This document shows, in pieces, positions 36,793-48,900 of a stretch of 64,000 bases of DNA (within the stretch, counting starts at the first letter, position 1; each line of letters opens with the position of its first letter). The stretch is from positions 109,864,001 to 109,928,000 of the forward strand of contig NC_067401.1 of assembly GCF_016432865.1 (NCBI RefSeq). The letters are read 5' to 3'. The translations under genes were made by a program, and so were the position numbers. The notes beneath the pieces are model-generated. The model was not told the DNA's origin. It was given only the letters and a program-made list of their open reading frames with translations, and did no database searches. The stretch is from Antechinus flavipes (taxonomy: Eukaryota).

Positions 36793-37549
36793 CTACTATA
36801 TAATCCTAATGGGCTTTCCTGCCTTTCAGACTCATTCTCTTTTAAACTACTTTGAATCTCAACATTAGATTAATCTTAATCTGGCTTCACCCTCCTATCT
36901 ATGAAATAAAGCCTAAAGCCAATATGGCATTCAAGACCCTCCCCTATTACAATCAGGCTCCAAACTAGCTTTTCAACCTTAAGACCCGCAAGTTCCATAC
37001 ACATACAATATCCTTTAAATTAGCTTCATTTCCTCAAAACATCTTGGTTTACCCCGCCTCTTTTGAACATGCTCCCCTTCAAAATGCTTGCTCCACTCCC
37101 CACAAAAAAATTCCTAGCTGAAATGATCTTCCTTTCTTTAGCACATTTGACAAAAAGGAATGTAGAGAGCTAAACAGAATGGAAAGGAAGTGAATTTATC
37201 TGATTCATTTTACACAGGAAGAAAAAAAGTTTCATCAAGACTGATTTGCCTTATATTATTCCTAAAGGACTAATAACATACTTGGGGTGCTAATTAGACA
37301 TGCAAGGGCCTAATAATAAATCAGGCAAGGAACTTTCCTCATAACCCTGCAAAAGGGTAACACACCCTGCAAAAGGGTAACACAAGAAGTAATTATCCCC
37401 ATTTTACAAAAGAAGAAAGGATATGGAGAGGTCATATTGCCCAGGGTCATCAGAGCAAAGAAAGCAAAGGTTCAAATTTAGACTCATACCAATGCTTTCG
37501 AGTTACCTGCTTTGAATGCTGATTGCCAATCTTTGTATCCCTTCTCAGG

Positions 37550-39000
37550 ACTAATCAAAAAGCTTTTATTAAAAGTGCCTACTATGTGCCAAATATTGTT
37601 CTAGGCCTTAAAAATAAAGAACAGCCCCTGCCATAGAACAGATTTTACTGGGGGATTGCAATATTTCTTTGGTTAGTAAATATAAGGTATAAATAAGAAC
37701 CATATACAGAATATGCCATAGAGGATAGTTAGCTCATAATCAAGCAGAACTGGATTCAAGTTTTTTTCTTTATTTCTGACAAAATTCTGGCTTTGGAACT
37801 CTGGGCAAGTCAAGAGGTTACTCTGTGCTCTTAGCTCAAGTTGTAAAGAACTTGGCAATAGGTTGACATCACAGAATTTGGGAGTTGGAAAGTAACCTTT
37901 CATATGTGAAAGAAGAATCAATACTAGGTCATTTTTGGCTTTGATGTAAATGAGGATATGATAAGGGAGCCAGGGATTCTATAAGAAGACAGTAGGGCCG
38001 AGAACTGGCTCACCAAGGGCTAAGACCTGGAGAGGAGAGGGTGACTAGTATAATGATGATGATCAGGGAGAGAAATGAGGACTTGAGAGACGAGGTCTGC
38101 GTGGAAAGGGGTTTGTAAAGAAAAGCCGAGAAAACCAAAGGTGGAAAAGCAATATATGGTCAGATAATGCCTATTCCACTCTTCCAAAGCTTTTCATCCC
38201 TCTTCCAACCTCCCAGGGCTTCCCTTCCCCTTCCCCTCTCAGCTAAGAAACATGTTTTGGGTTTTACAGAAGATTCACCAAGAGTTCTCTCTTTTTCCCA
38301 CTTCCTCAATCACTCAGTTACCTTCTACCACTATCTCCTCCTTCACTCCTACCCCAAAATGTCACCCTGCTCCTTACCAAAGCTAATCCCTTTGCATGCT
38401 TGGAAACATGCCTGTGTTTGTCCCATCCTCAAAAAACCCTCTAACTTTCTGTCCCTCCTAATTACCATCCTAAATCCCTTCTGTCCTCTGTGGCTCCTCT
38501 CAGGCCCGCCCTTCTCTCCTCTGACACTCCGGCCCTGGGTGCAGACCCTTATCACCTCCAGCCGGGACTCCTGCAGTAGCCTGCTGGTGGGCGTCTGCCT
38601 CACATTGCCCCCCACTCCAATCCGTCTCCCATTCCGCCATCAAAGTGATTTTCCCAAATTTGGGGCCTCCGCTCATTAAACTCCTGTAGTTCCCCATCAC
38701 CTCCAGGATCAACGATAAAATCCTCCGGGGGCTGTTAAAGCCCTTCATACCGTATGTAGCTCCTCCCTATTTTTCCAGTCTGCTGACCCAAGAACAAGGC
38801 ACTCCCACCTCAGCTCTAGGCATTTTCTCTCCCTCCCGTCCCCTGGAAGCCCATCTGATACAGGAAGCCTTCCCGTCACCCGCAGGGCGAGGCTGTGCGG
38901 TTATTTGCTGCTTGTTTCCCCATTAGCCTGGGCCGTCCCTGAGGGCACGGCCTGCTTTTTGGGGCGGCATCCTCTCGGATTGCCTCAGCAGCCGGCCCAC
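37550..39000. mobile_element. L2 fragments in opposite orientations (37550-38140 minus, 38150-39000 plus)
   Basis: L2 3'-end reverse complement at 37550; plus-strand L2 body (CCCATCCTCAAAAAACCCTC, CATCAAAGTGATTTTCC) that becomes CpG-rich toward GLMP. Confidence 0.65.
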
Positions 39001-39167
39001 CTACTCAGAACGGGACCAATGCCTTCCAGAATCCTGGAAGTTAGAAAATGAGGGGTGGCTCTGAAGGCAAGGATGGGAAGTTCCACGCCCTTCCCACAAC
39101 AAGCCCCTAATACTTTCCCCAGGCAGTCTCCCCAGCTCTCCCCCAACCTTTTTGCCCACCCTCACTC

Positions 39168-39392
39168 CGGCTAGGTGGGCGGTGCTTGGTCCCGGTAAGG
39201 AGGACCCGAATTCAAATCCAGCCTCACACACTTGGTAGCGGTGAGACCCTGGACAAGTCACTTCACTCCGCGTCAGTTTCCTCATCTGTAAAGTGAGCTG
39301 GAGAAGGAAAGAACGATCCACGCTAGCATCTTCGCCAACGAAAGCCCACGTGGGGTCGTGAAGAGTAGGATTCGATGGGAAACCACTGAACT
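39168..39392 (+). mobile_element. CpG-rich MAR1/CORE-type SINE embedded in the GLMP promoter island
   Basis: GAATTCAAATCCAGCC...CAAGTCACTT...CAGTTTCCTCATCTGTAAA...GCTGGAGAAGGAAA; same layout as the copies at 45311 and 47609. Confidence 0.8.
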
Positions 39393-39596
39393 CCACCCAC
39401 CCCGCCTGCCTTTGCACAAGCTCGTTCCCTCTAGCGTCAGTTCCAAGGGGCCGAACTGCGGAGGAAGAGAATGTTTCTCTAACCATTCAGGAGTTCTCGA
39501 AGGAAAGCCAGGCACGCGTCCAAGGGAGACAGGCGGCCCCTTTAAGAAGCAGCCGCGGCTTCCGCCCTTTAAAGGGCACGGCGGCAGCCGGCGGCA

Positions 39597-39606
39597 GTCA
39601 CATGAC
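39597..39606 (+). promoter_or_regulatory. CLEAR/M-box-like element (TFEB/TFE3/MITF) in the GLMP promoter
   Basis: GTCACATGAC, one mismatch from the CLEAR consensus GTCACGTGAC, 48 nt upstream of the ATG of a lysosomal gene. Confidence 0.7.
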
Positions 39607-39653
39607 CGAGCTCCGGCGCGCTCCTAGCTCCCGGCTGCGGGGGCTGCGGTGAC

Positions 39654-42600
39654 ATGCTAGCCGAGCGCCCCGGACCGTGGGGGGTCTTTACCCCCTGCCG
39701 CCCTCTGCTCCTCCTCCAATGCCTGCTTCTGCTCCGAGCCCCTGCCGGTTTACTCGGGGATGAAACCCGCCGGGTGAGAGGCTCCGGGAGCGCGAAGATT
39801 CGGGGGGCGCCGAAACAGGAGGGGAACGGATACAGGAAGGGGGGGAAGGGGCTGCTCGGCGGGGCAGTTCGGGGACTGCCGGCCCCCGCCTGTCATGGGG
39901 TCAACTTGGAGTGACGGTGTAAGGGCGGGCGTTGGTCTTTGCCCCCTTCGGAGCCGAGTCTCCGGGGCCGGCCGGCCCAGGCCGCCCGGTCTCACTCCTC
40001 GGAGCTGGAGTGGGGCTAGACCTCCCGGCTGTTTCAGCATTCTCTCTTCCTTCCATCCCCCGCTCCCTCCTCAGCCCCTCTCCCTTAGTCCCCCTCCCAG
40101 TAAAGCCTCGTTCTGCCTCCTGCCCCGCCGTCCTCCCAGCCCCTCTTCCCTCTGTAACTCCTAACTCCTCCCCACCGTCTTCTCTAAATCTTTCGTCCCT
40201 TTCCCTCCTGTGTTCCTCACTCCAAAATCAAATAAGTTGGATCTCTCACGCCTTGGTCCAGGTATCCCTGGAGGTCATCCCCGGACAGACGGACCCCTTA
40301 GTCAGCCTGTTGCACATCCGGGCTGTGGGAGCCAACTCTACAATTCACTACGTCTGGAGCAGCCTGGGCCCCCCAGCCGTGCTCTTGGTGGAGACAGACA
40401 CCCCTCACAGTGTGCTGAGAGTCAACTGGAGCTCGCTGCTGTCTCCGGCCCCTGAAGGGAGTGTGGCTGTGCTCCCTGCTGACAGCGTTCGATTTTCCTC
40501 AGCCCTCATCTTCCCCAGGGTGAGCAGACCCCGGAAGGAGCGCAGGGAAAGGCTTTCAGCTTGAGGGTGTAAACTGAGATCTGGTGGGATGATTCCGGGG
40601 TCAGGGTGGAGATCTGGAATCTGGGGATGATTCCGGGGTCAGGGTGAAGTTCTGGAATCTGGGATGATTCCGGGATCAGGGTGGAGATCTGGAATCTGGG
40701 ATGATTCCGGGGTCAGGGTGGAGTTCTGGAATCTGGGGATGATTCCGGGGTCAGGGTGAAGTTCTGGAATCTGGGGATGATTCCGGGGTCAGGGTGAAGT
40801 TCTGGAATCTGGGGATGATTCCGGGGTCAGGGTGAAGTTCTGGAATCTGGGGATGATTCCGGGGTCAGGGTGGAGATCTGGAATCTGGGGATGATTCCGG
40901 GGTCAGGGTGGAGATCTGGAATCTGGGAATGATTCCGGGGTCAGGGTGGAGATCTGGAATCTGGGGATGATTCCGGGGTCAGGGTGGAGATCTGGAATCC
41001 GGGATGATTCCAGGGTCAGGGTGGAGATCTGGAATCTGGGGATGATTCCGGGGTCAGGGTGGAGATCTGGAATCTGGGGATGATTCCGAGGTCAGGGTGG
41101 AGATCTGGAATCTGGGGATGATTCCGGGGTCAGGGTGGAGATCTGGAATCTGGGGATGATTCCGGGGTCAGGGTGGAGATCTGGAATCTGGGGATGATTC
41201 CGGGGTCAGGGTGGAGATCTGGAATCTGGGATGATTCCGGGGTCAGGGTGGAGTTCTGGAATCTGGGATGATTCCGGGGTCAGGGTGGAGTTCTGGAATC
41301 TGGGATGATTCCGGGGTCAGGGTGGAGATCTGGAATCTGGGATGATTCCGGGGTCAGGGTGGAGATCTGGAATCTGGGGATGATTCCGGGGTCAGGGTGG
41401 AGATCTGGAATCTGGGATGATTCCGGGGTCAGGGTGGAGTTCTGGAATCTGGGATGATTCCGGGGTCAGGGTGGAGATCTGGAATCCGGGATGATTCCGG
41501 GGTCAGGGTGGAGATCTGGAATCTGGGAATGATTCCGGGGTCAGGGTGGAGATCTGGAATCTGGGATGATTCCGGGGTCAGGGTGGAGATCTGGAATCTG
41601 GGATGATTCCGGGTCAGGGTGGAGATCTGGAATCTGGGGATGATTCCGGGGTCAGGGTGGAGATCTGGAATCCGGGATGATTCCAGGGTCAGGGTGGAGA
41701 TCTGGAATCTGGGAATGATTCCGGGGTCAGGGTGGAGATCTGGAATCTGGGATGACTAGAAGAGCAGAAAATAGGACCCGAGTATGAAAACTCAGCCTCC
41801 CGTTCCTTTTTTCTCTCTGCCAGCTTTTTGAATTTGAGAGTGCCAACAGTTCGGAAACCAAGGATGGGTCTCCGGGAAAGCCTTACTCACCCTACCAGCT
41901 GGCCGACTTCTCCTGGGATGATGTCAACAGCACACTAGACCCCACTAAGTTGAGTGCCGTATTCCAAGGTCATCTTTCAAAGGATCCCTTGGGGACCTTT
42001 GCCAATGGCAGCCTGGCTTTCAAGGTGAGCGATCAGGGCCAAGGAACTACTACGGAGTCTACCCAAGAGAGATGTCCACCCAGAGATGGCCCTCTCTGCC
42101 ATCTTAGTAGATAGACAGCAGACAGCAGCACTAATGTTTGGAGATGGGGGAGCAGGGAGAATGGGGTTCTTTGTGCCTTGTCTCGGTCCTCACCCCCTCC
42201 TCTCAGCTTCTTTTTCACTTTCACTATCCCCCTGAATCCCAGGTTCGAGCATTCTCTGCTTCTGGTCATCCAGCCCATCTCCCTCGACTCTTGCACACCG
42301 CAGATACCTCTCAGCTGGAACTGGTTCTGTCTGGGGTTGTCCCACGAGGGAACCACTCCCTTTTCGGGCTGGAAGTAGCCACTACGGTTTTGGATTCTGA
42401 ATGCCCCCAGCTCAAGGAGCAGAAATCCATCGATGATGAATATTGCCCTACAGTCTTCCAGGTCAGACGTCATTGAGGGGATGGAGACATGGGACCCTAT
42501 TAGGGATGGTTGGGTGAAGGGAATAACTAGACTTTAGGATGTTAGAATAATAAGTTACCTAACATCTTCCAGCTTACAAAGCACTTTCATACAGACCTTA

Positions 42601-44195
42601 CAGAAGCACTATGGATTTAGGCAGGGTGTTATCTTCATTTAATAAATCAATCAGGAAAATCCATCTGAAAGAGATGTAAATAACTTGCTGTAAATCACAC
42701 AGCCAAGAGCAGATCAAAGACTTAAACTCTTGTTTGAAGCAGCTTGGCAGCCCAGTGGATGAGGTTAAATCCATCCTTGGATAGTTCATCATTGCATGAT
42801 CCTGGGAAAGCCAATTAATCTTTTTGCCTATTTCCTCATTTATGAAATTAAGACCATAGTAGAAGCATCTATCTTCCAGGGTATTGTAAGGATCAACCAA
42901 AATAATAATTTCAAAGTGCTTGGTACATAGTAAGCACTATGGAAATGTTAGCTATTATTATTGTTGTTGTTTTGTCTCCCATCTCCTCCCTCTTCCCTGA
43001 GAAATAAATGAAAGTGAAAAGTTAATGACTCCTAGATTACAAACCTGAGTGACTGAAAGTGGTATTCTTGAGAGGAGTAGGGAAGTTGGTTCAGTCTTTT
43101 AGATATGTCGAGTTTAAAATGTTTATGGTAAAGACAACCAGCAAGCAGTTGGTGATTCAGGAGTATAGCTCCTCTCTAAGAGGTAGGAAATATTTTGGTG
43201 GAGGGTTTTCTCTATTGAGATGATAGTAGAACCCATGGAAGCTAATGAGATCACAGAGAAAGAAATTCCAGCACAGAGCCCTGGTATGCATCAGAACAGA
43301 GAGGGCATTTGGATAATCTTGCAAAGGACACTAAGAAAAATCAGTCAGATAAGATAGAAAGAGAAGCTCAGCTGAACAGTGTCATGAAAATGCAGGGAGG
43401 AGAGCAGCCACAGGGAGAGAGTAGTCAACAGTTTTTTAAATACTCCAAAGGCATCTTTTTCTGTCAAATGAGATAATGTGTAAAGCACTTATCAGAACTT
43501 TAAAATGCTCTATATGTGTCACTTACAAATTCCCTATCCTTTACCCTACCAATAAGTACTTAGGTGATAATAGATGGAAAAGTGTGGAGTGGGGAGATAT
43601 TACATATTTACTCTCCCCCCTTGCACCCCACAATTTTTTCCTGTCAGTTAGATCAGCTACTATGGCATTCCCCACCAGAAGGCTTCTTACAGTGGCGGCC
43701 AGTAGCCTTCTCACAGAAGCAGCCAACTTGGAAAACAGCCCTACCCTGCCAAGTAACCCCTCCTAGTCCTGCCTCGGCTACCCAGCTTCTCCAGTCACCT
43801 ATCATCAGAGCTTTCTTCGGCCCCTCCGTTAACTTCTGCACCTTCAACCTGACATTTGGAGACTCTACTGGTCCTGCCTATGGGGACCAGCGCTACCTCA
43901 GTTGGTGAGAGGGAAGGGGAATTCTCAGTTGGGCAGGTGGAGTGGGAAAGAAGAGTATGGGGAGTTGATGAAGGAACAAGGGAGAAACCAAAGCTTTCTT
44001 TCTGTTTATTTTTCCCCATCTCTTAGGTCAGCTATCTTGGGCGTAGGAGTCCCTCCAGTGGAATCCTTCTCACCTCTTGCCCTAGGAATCATGGCAATGG
44101 TTCTGGGAGCCCCTGGACTTCTGCTGGTAGGAGGTGGTCTGGGCCTTCTGCTCCTGCGACATAGGCGCTACTCAGAGTATGAACCAATCAACTGA
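39654..44195 (+). CDS. GLMP: Glycosylated lysosomal membrane protein (NCU-G1/C1orf85), 6 exons, 407 aa
   Basis: Exons 39654-39773, 40262-40519, 41824-42024, 42243-42461, 43648-43904, 44027-44195; 1224 nt. Signal peptide, [28 protein letters not shown], a C-terminal transmembrane segment and a YxxPhi lysosomal sorting tail (YSEYEPIN*). Confidence 0.97.
40576..41755 (+). repeat. G-rich minisatellite (VNTR), ~31 units of 37/38 bp, in GLMP intron 2
   Basis: Unit GATGATTCCGGGGTCAGGGTGGAGATCTGGAATCTGG(G), with a few recurring variants. Confidence 0.97.
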
Positions 44196-45248
44196 GATCT
44201 CGGCCTCCCCTGCGTGCCTTTCTAGATCTTCCTCCCTACACCATATGTGAGGGTGAGAACAAGGATTCACTTGGAATAAGGAAGAAAGGACCTCCTGTTC
44301 CCTGTTTCACTTTTCTGCACCCTGGTCTTCATCTTAACGCCAATATCCCTCACTCCTTTCCTTTTTTTTAATGGAACCTTCAAACCTCAGATTCTTCTGG
44401 TCTCTCCTGGGCAAGGGGACAGCGGGAGAACCGGTTAATGACAAAATGAGGATGGGGCACTTAACTTCTAGACTAATACTGGCCTTCTTGAATCTCTTTC
44501 CCCCATTCTTTTCTAATATTTAGATTGGGAGTGTGAGCTTTTATACCAGGATCAAAGTATTAATTATTGTTATAATCCCTGATCTTTGGGTTTCTAGAAG
44601 GGTAAAAATGAAATATGTACTTATTTTTTTGATCATGCTGTGGACTCTTGGTGTATATTGAGTAAGAGGAATAGAGGTGTATGAGGAAAAAAGCTTTTCA
44701 GGGATGAACATTTCCAGAGGACATTGATTCTTCCTGTGGCCATTGGAAGTTCCATGCCCCAAACAACACTGAGTGTTGTACATCAGAGTTTTCCGATGGT
44801 TTGAACTGAGCAAGTAGATTTCTTCAGAAAAGAAGGAAGGGAGAAATAGCATGATGATTTACACCATCCCAGTTCTGTTTCTCCAACATCACTTTTCACA
44901 CCAGATCAGTCTTAAAACACCTAACCCTCCTTGTGCCTCCTCTTCACACATACACACATCAATACCTCAGCCATATACTGCCACATCTCACTTTGGGACC
45001 TTTTCCACTTGCAGACAGATCAGTGGGTTACTATGGCCTGAATTAGGAGGGGAAGATAACAACCCAGCCAAAACAGTGAAATTGGAACTATTTGGACTTC
45101 ATTTAGGTTTAGAGCTGGAACAGCCCTGAAAGGTCATAGAGTCTCATGCTCTCATCTTATAAAATTTTACAAATTAAAAAGTGAGAGCATTAAAACTGAG
45201 GGTTTATGACATGTTTATTCTAGCTGAAATATATAAAGGGAAGCCCAG

Positions 45249-45254
45249 AATAAA
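45249..45254 (+). terminator. Probable GLMP polyadenylation signal
   Basis: AATAAA ~1.05 kb after the GLMP stop. Confidence 0.45.
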
Positions 45255-45310
45255 GTTTTAATGAGAAAACTTCTCTCAGCTTTGAGAGCCCCTCCTGTTT
45301 CTTTTGGACA

Positions 45311-45546
45311 GTTAGGGGGGCACAGTGGATGGAGCACTGGGCATAGAAAAAGAAAAACTCATCTTCATGAGTTCAAATCGATCTCAGACACTTACTAGCC
45401 AGTTAACCCTGGGCAAGTCACTTAATCCTGTATACCTCAGTTTCCTTATCTTAAAATGAGCTGGAGAAGGAAATGGCAACCTGTTCCAGTATCTTTGTTA
45501 AGAAGATCCCCCAAAGAAGAGTTATGAAGAGATAATTGAAATAACT
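45311..45546 (+). mobile_element. MAR1/CORE-type SINE between the convergent 3' ends of GLMP and TMEM79
   Basis: A box, GAGTTCAAAT B box, CORE and the GAGCTGGAGAAGGAAATGGCAAC tail. Confidence 0.8.
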
Positions 45547-45573
45547 AAACGACAACTTCCTATTTCAAAATGT

Positions 45574-45579
45574 TTTATT
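45574..45579 (-). terminator. Probable TMEM79 polyadenylation signal
   Basis: TTTATT on + (AATAAA on -) ~380 nt after the TMEM79 stop; a second candidate lies at 45650-45655. Confidence 0.45.
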
Positions 45580-45958
45580 AAATTATCCCATAGATTATCT
45601 CTTAAAATAATTAAGACCTAATAAAAACAAGGATTTTGCTTTTCCTAATTTTATTCTCTCTTCTCTAAGAGGTAGGAATTCCTTGCACCAATGCTACAGA
45701 AAAATCAAGGCAGTTATAAGCCTCAAGGGGCTTTAGGATGAAGTTGCCTCTGCTACATGTGTTCCCTGCCTCATAACTCCCACCACCCACCCCAACATCA
45801 GAGTCAAGGATTGGTAAGGTTTAAAAAGTCACAGTCTGGGAAGCCAAAGGGCAGAGATTACATATCCAAAGTCTGTTCAGTGAAGAGTTCTGGATTGTCT
45901 CAATTCCCTGGAGTTTAGAGGGAAACCAGAGAACATCAAGACCAGGCAGAAGCCAGTA

Positions 45959-48900
45959 TCACCCCCAGAAGTGTGGCTTGTAGTCAGCAGCTCGAGCGTG
46001 GTCTGGGTAGTCAAGCCGGCTATCCGTGGCAGTGAACATCCGCTCAGGCTCCACCAGGAACATGTAGTAGAGATTCCACACCAGCATCGAGAGCAGTGGC
46101 AAGAAAGTCAGCCCATAGCCAAAGCCTCGGAAGGACCGGCCCACTGCAAAAGTCAACCAGTACACGAGTCTGGAAGAGGAAAACAGAGAATCTCTGAATT
46201 AAAAGACACTACTCTGCTTAAAGATCTCCGGTGAAAAGGAACCCACTAACTTCAGAAGCAGCCTGTTTAACTTTTAGACAATTCTAAAATTAGGAAGGTT
46301 TTTTTTTTTTTTTTTCATTATACGGGATGTCTCAAAAGAATTAAGCTACTGACTTAAAACTGCACTTTTTGGGACAGCCTGGATAAAGCCTGAATCTGCT
46401 TCTGCCTTGTTCTTGTTGGGGCCTTAAGAATGAAAAAGAGTTTTCTTTCACATAATAGCCCCTCAAATATTTGAGGATGGCTATCATGTCTCCTTTATCT
46501 TCTCTTATTCAGGTTAAGCATCCCTACTTCCTTATATGGCCTGGTTTTCAGGCCTTCTTAATCACCCTGCTCTAGACTCAATTCAGCTTGACATTATCCT
46601 TCCTAAGATGTTGCATCCAAAACTGAACATAATACTGTATATGCCACCTAACCAGGGCAGAGTACAGCAGAGGGATCACATTCCTCATTCTGGGCAAGAA
46701 GTTTTTATTGATGCAGCCCAAAAACACATTATCTTTTGGCAGCTATGTATTGGGCTTACAGTCCAATAAAAGTCCCAGTCTCTTTGGTGTGAACTGTTGC
46801 CTAGCCACCCCATCCTCTATTTGCACAATTGGACTTTTTTTTTTTTTTTTAATAATTCAAGTATAGGATTATTCTCTCAAATTTCATCTTGGTATAACAC
46901 ATACTTGAAGTCCCTCGAGATCTTTTGGCCAACATGTTAACAAGACCTCCCAGTTTCAGCTCATCCTTGAATTTAAGTATGTCATGGGCCAAGTCATTGG
47001 CTCTTGTCCCACATTTTAGGAGGGCCAAGGATCGATTACAAGGACGCTCCAATGGAGAGAGAAGGTCAGAGAAAAGATCAAGATTTCAGGGTGAGAATCA
47101 ATTCCACCCTCATTCCCCATAAAGCAACTATGGTAGGAGGTTAGGATTAATTGAAGTGTAAAAATTTTAAAGAACAGGAACTAAGAAGATATATTTGGAA
47201 CCAACACATACTGGAGGGTAAAAATATTGAATTTAACTCACAAAGATTGGATAAATGGAAGGAAGGATATATATTACATAAGTTCTTCCCAATTCCTAGA
47301 AAAACTCAAAAGATAGATCTTATATGTATGTGTGTATGTATATATATATATGCATATGATATATATACATATGCTGTATAATATATTTTAAAACACAAAA
47401 CATGACAATTATTATTGGTAGAGGACTGATAGTAAAGACAATCTTGTAGGTCAAATCAATATACAGTAAGTGGAAATGGCCAATATTAGAGGACTGCATG
47501 AATTGTCCAGGTGTCTCAGAAGTCTTAGTGTAGTTTTGAGTTTTTAAAAACTTCTTGGACACTCTGGGTAACATGAATTAAGGAACATAGAAGGCATCTA
47601 AAAAGATAGGAGGCAGCTAGGTGGCTCAGTAGAGTGCTGAGCCTAGAATCAAGAAGACCTGAGTTCAAATTCAACCTCATACACTTACTAGCTTTGTGAC
47701 TGAGCAAGTTCTTTAATCTCTGTTTGCCTTAATGCCTTGGAGAAGGAAATGGCAAACCATTCCAGAATCTTTGCCAAGAAAATCACATAGATAGTATGTA
47801 ACATGGAGTCACAAAAACCCAAACATGACTGAACAGCAGGAGGATAATTAATGCATTGCACAGTTCATTGGAGGTTCAAAAAGAGCTTAACAAGCTGGGG
47901 AAAAAATAGGCTGGAACTTAACAAATGTAAAGTTCTATGTTTGGGTTAAAAAAAAAATCTATACAAGTAGAAGTTGGGGATTAGAAGAGATTGGCTTAAC
48001 AATTCATGTGAAGAATACCTGAAAGTTTTACATGTCTATGAACTCAATGTGAGTCAACAGTCTAATAGCCAGAAAAGCTAGTGTGTTTTGAAGTTGCATT
48101 AATAGATATATGGAACTTTGAAAAAGAGAGAGTTCTACTATACTTGGTGTACTGTATTCAATTCAAGACAACATTTATTTTTTTAAATGGGGGACACTGA
48201 CAAACTAGTATGTAAAAAAAAAAAAAAAAAAAAAAAAAGGTTAACCAGGATGGTATGAGGTCATCTCACATCATCTCACATAATCATCAATTAAATCTTT
48301 CCAATAATGGGATATTTCTCCCAGAAAGAAGAATACTTAAGAAAGACATGATAGCCCTGTTCCACATTTTTATACCTGAAGAGCTGCCACATGGGAGAGG
48401 CAATAAATTGTTTCTAATCTCTCCAGAGATTGCTATACAGGACTTTTTAATGATTAGAATTATTTGGGTCTTTCCTTCCTCTTTGCCAACCTTTCTACAT
48501 ACACTACACAAATACCCAATTCACCCCAAACTCACCGGGAGATGGCGAAGAGGCCAGTGAGCAAAGGTAGCAGCTTGAGCGTATCCTGGGGCAGGTAGGT
48601 GGCAAGGACGGCCAGGTTGAAGAAATAGAGAATGAAGAGCTGGACAGACTGAGCCACGTATCGCCTGTGGATTTCAACTTCTCTCTGTTGTTCCCCAAAG
48701 GGATGGAGTGCGGAAAAGCACAACAAGGAAAGGCCATAGACCAGGAGTCCTGGGTTAAGAGAGAATGGGGTCATGATATGAAGGGAATGGGGAAGGAAGA
48801 TGAAGGTAGACAGTGAGAAAAGAGCAAGGAAAAGCAGGAAGAAGAAAGACTAGAGTTGGGGGAGGGAAGAGTATGAAGAGATGAGCACAAATGGATTGGG

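Larger units (their letters stand above)
46430..48430. mobile_element. CR1/L3 fragments in the last TMEM79 intron (46430-47010 minus, 47840-48430 plus)
   Basis: CR1-like motifs (ATGAACTCAATGTGAGTCAACAG; CTGAACATAATACT...CTAACCAGGGCAGAGTACAG). Confidence 0.6.

Noticed and set aside
37344-37383. Perfect 20-bp tandem duplication ACCCTGCAAAAGGGTAACAC
   Set aside because: Two copies inside a SINE remnant; an ordinary slippage event, not a CRISPR-like array.
39602-39652. 16-codon uORF ending just before the GLMP ATG
   Set aside because: Its ATG is part of the CLEAR/M-box DNA element and probably lies at or upstream of the TSS.
40576-41755. Minisatellite as a CRISPR array, coding repeat or HSE array
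   Set aside because: No unique spacers; mixed 37/38-bp units and recurring TGA break any frame; TTCtgGAA gives only two HSE units.
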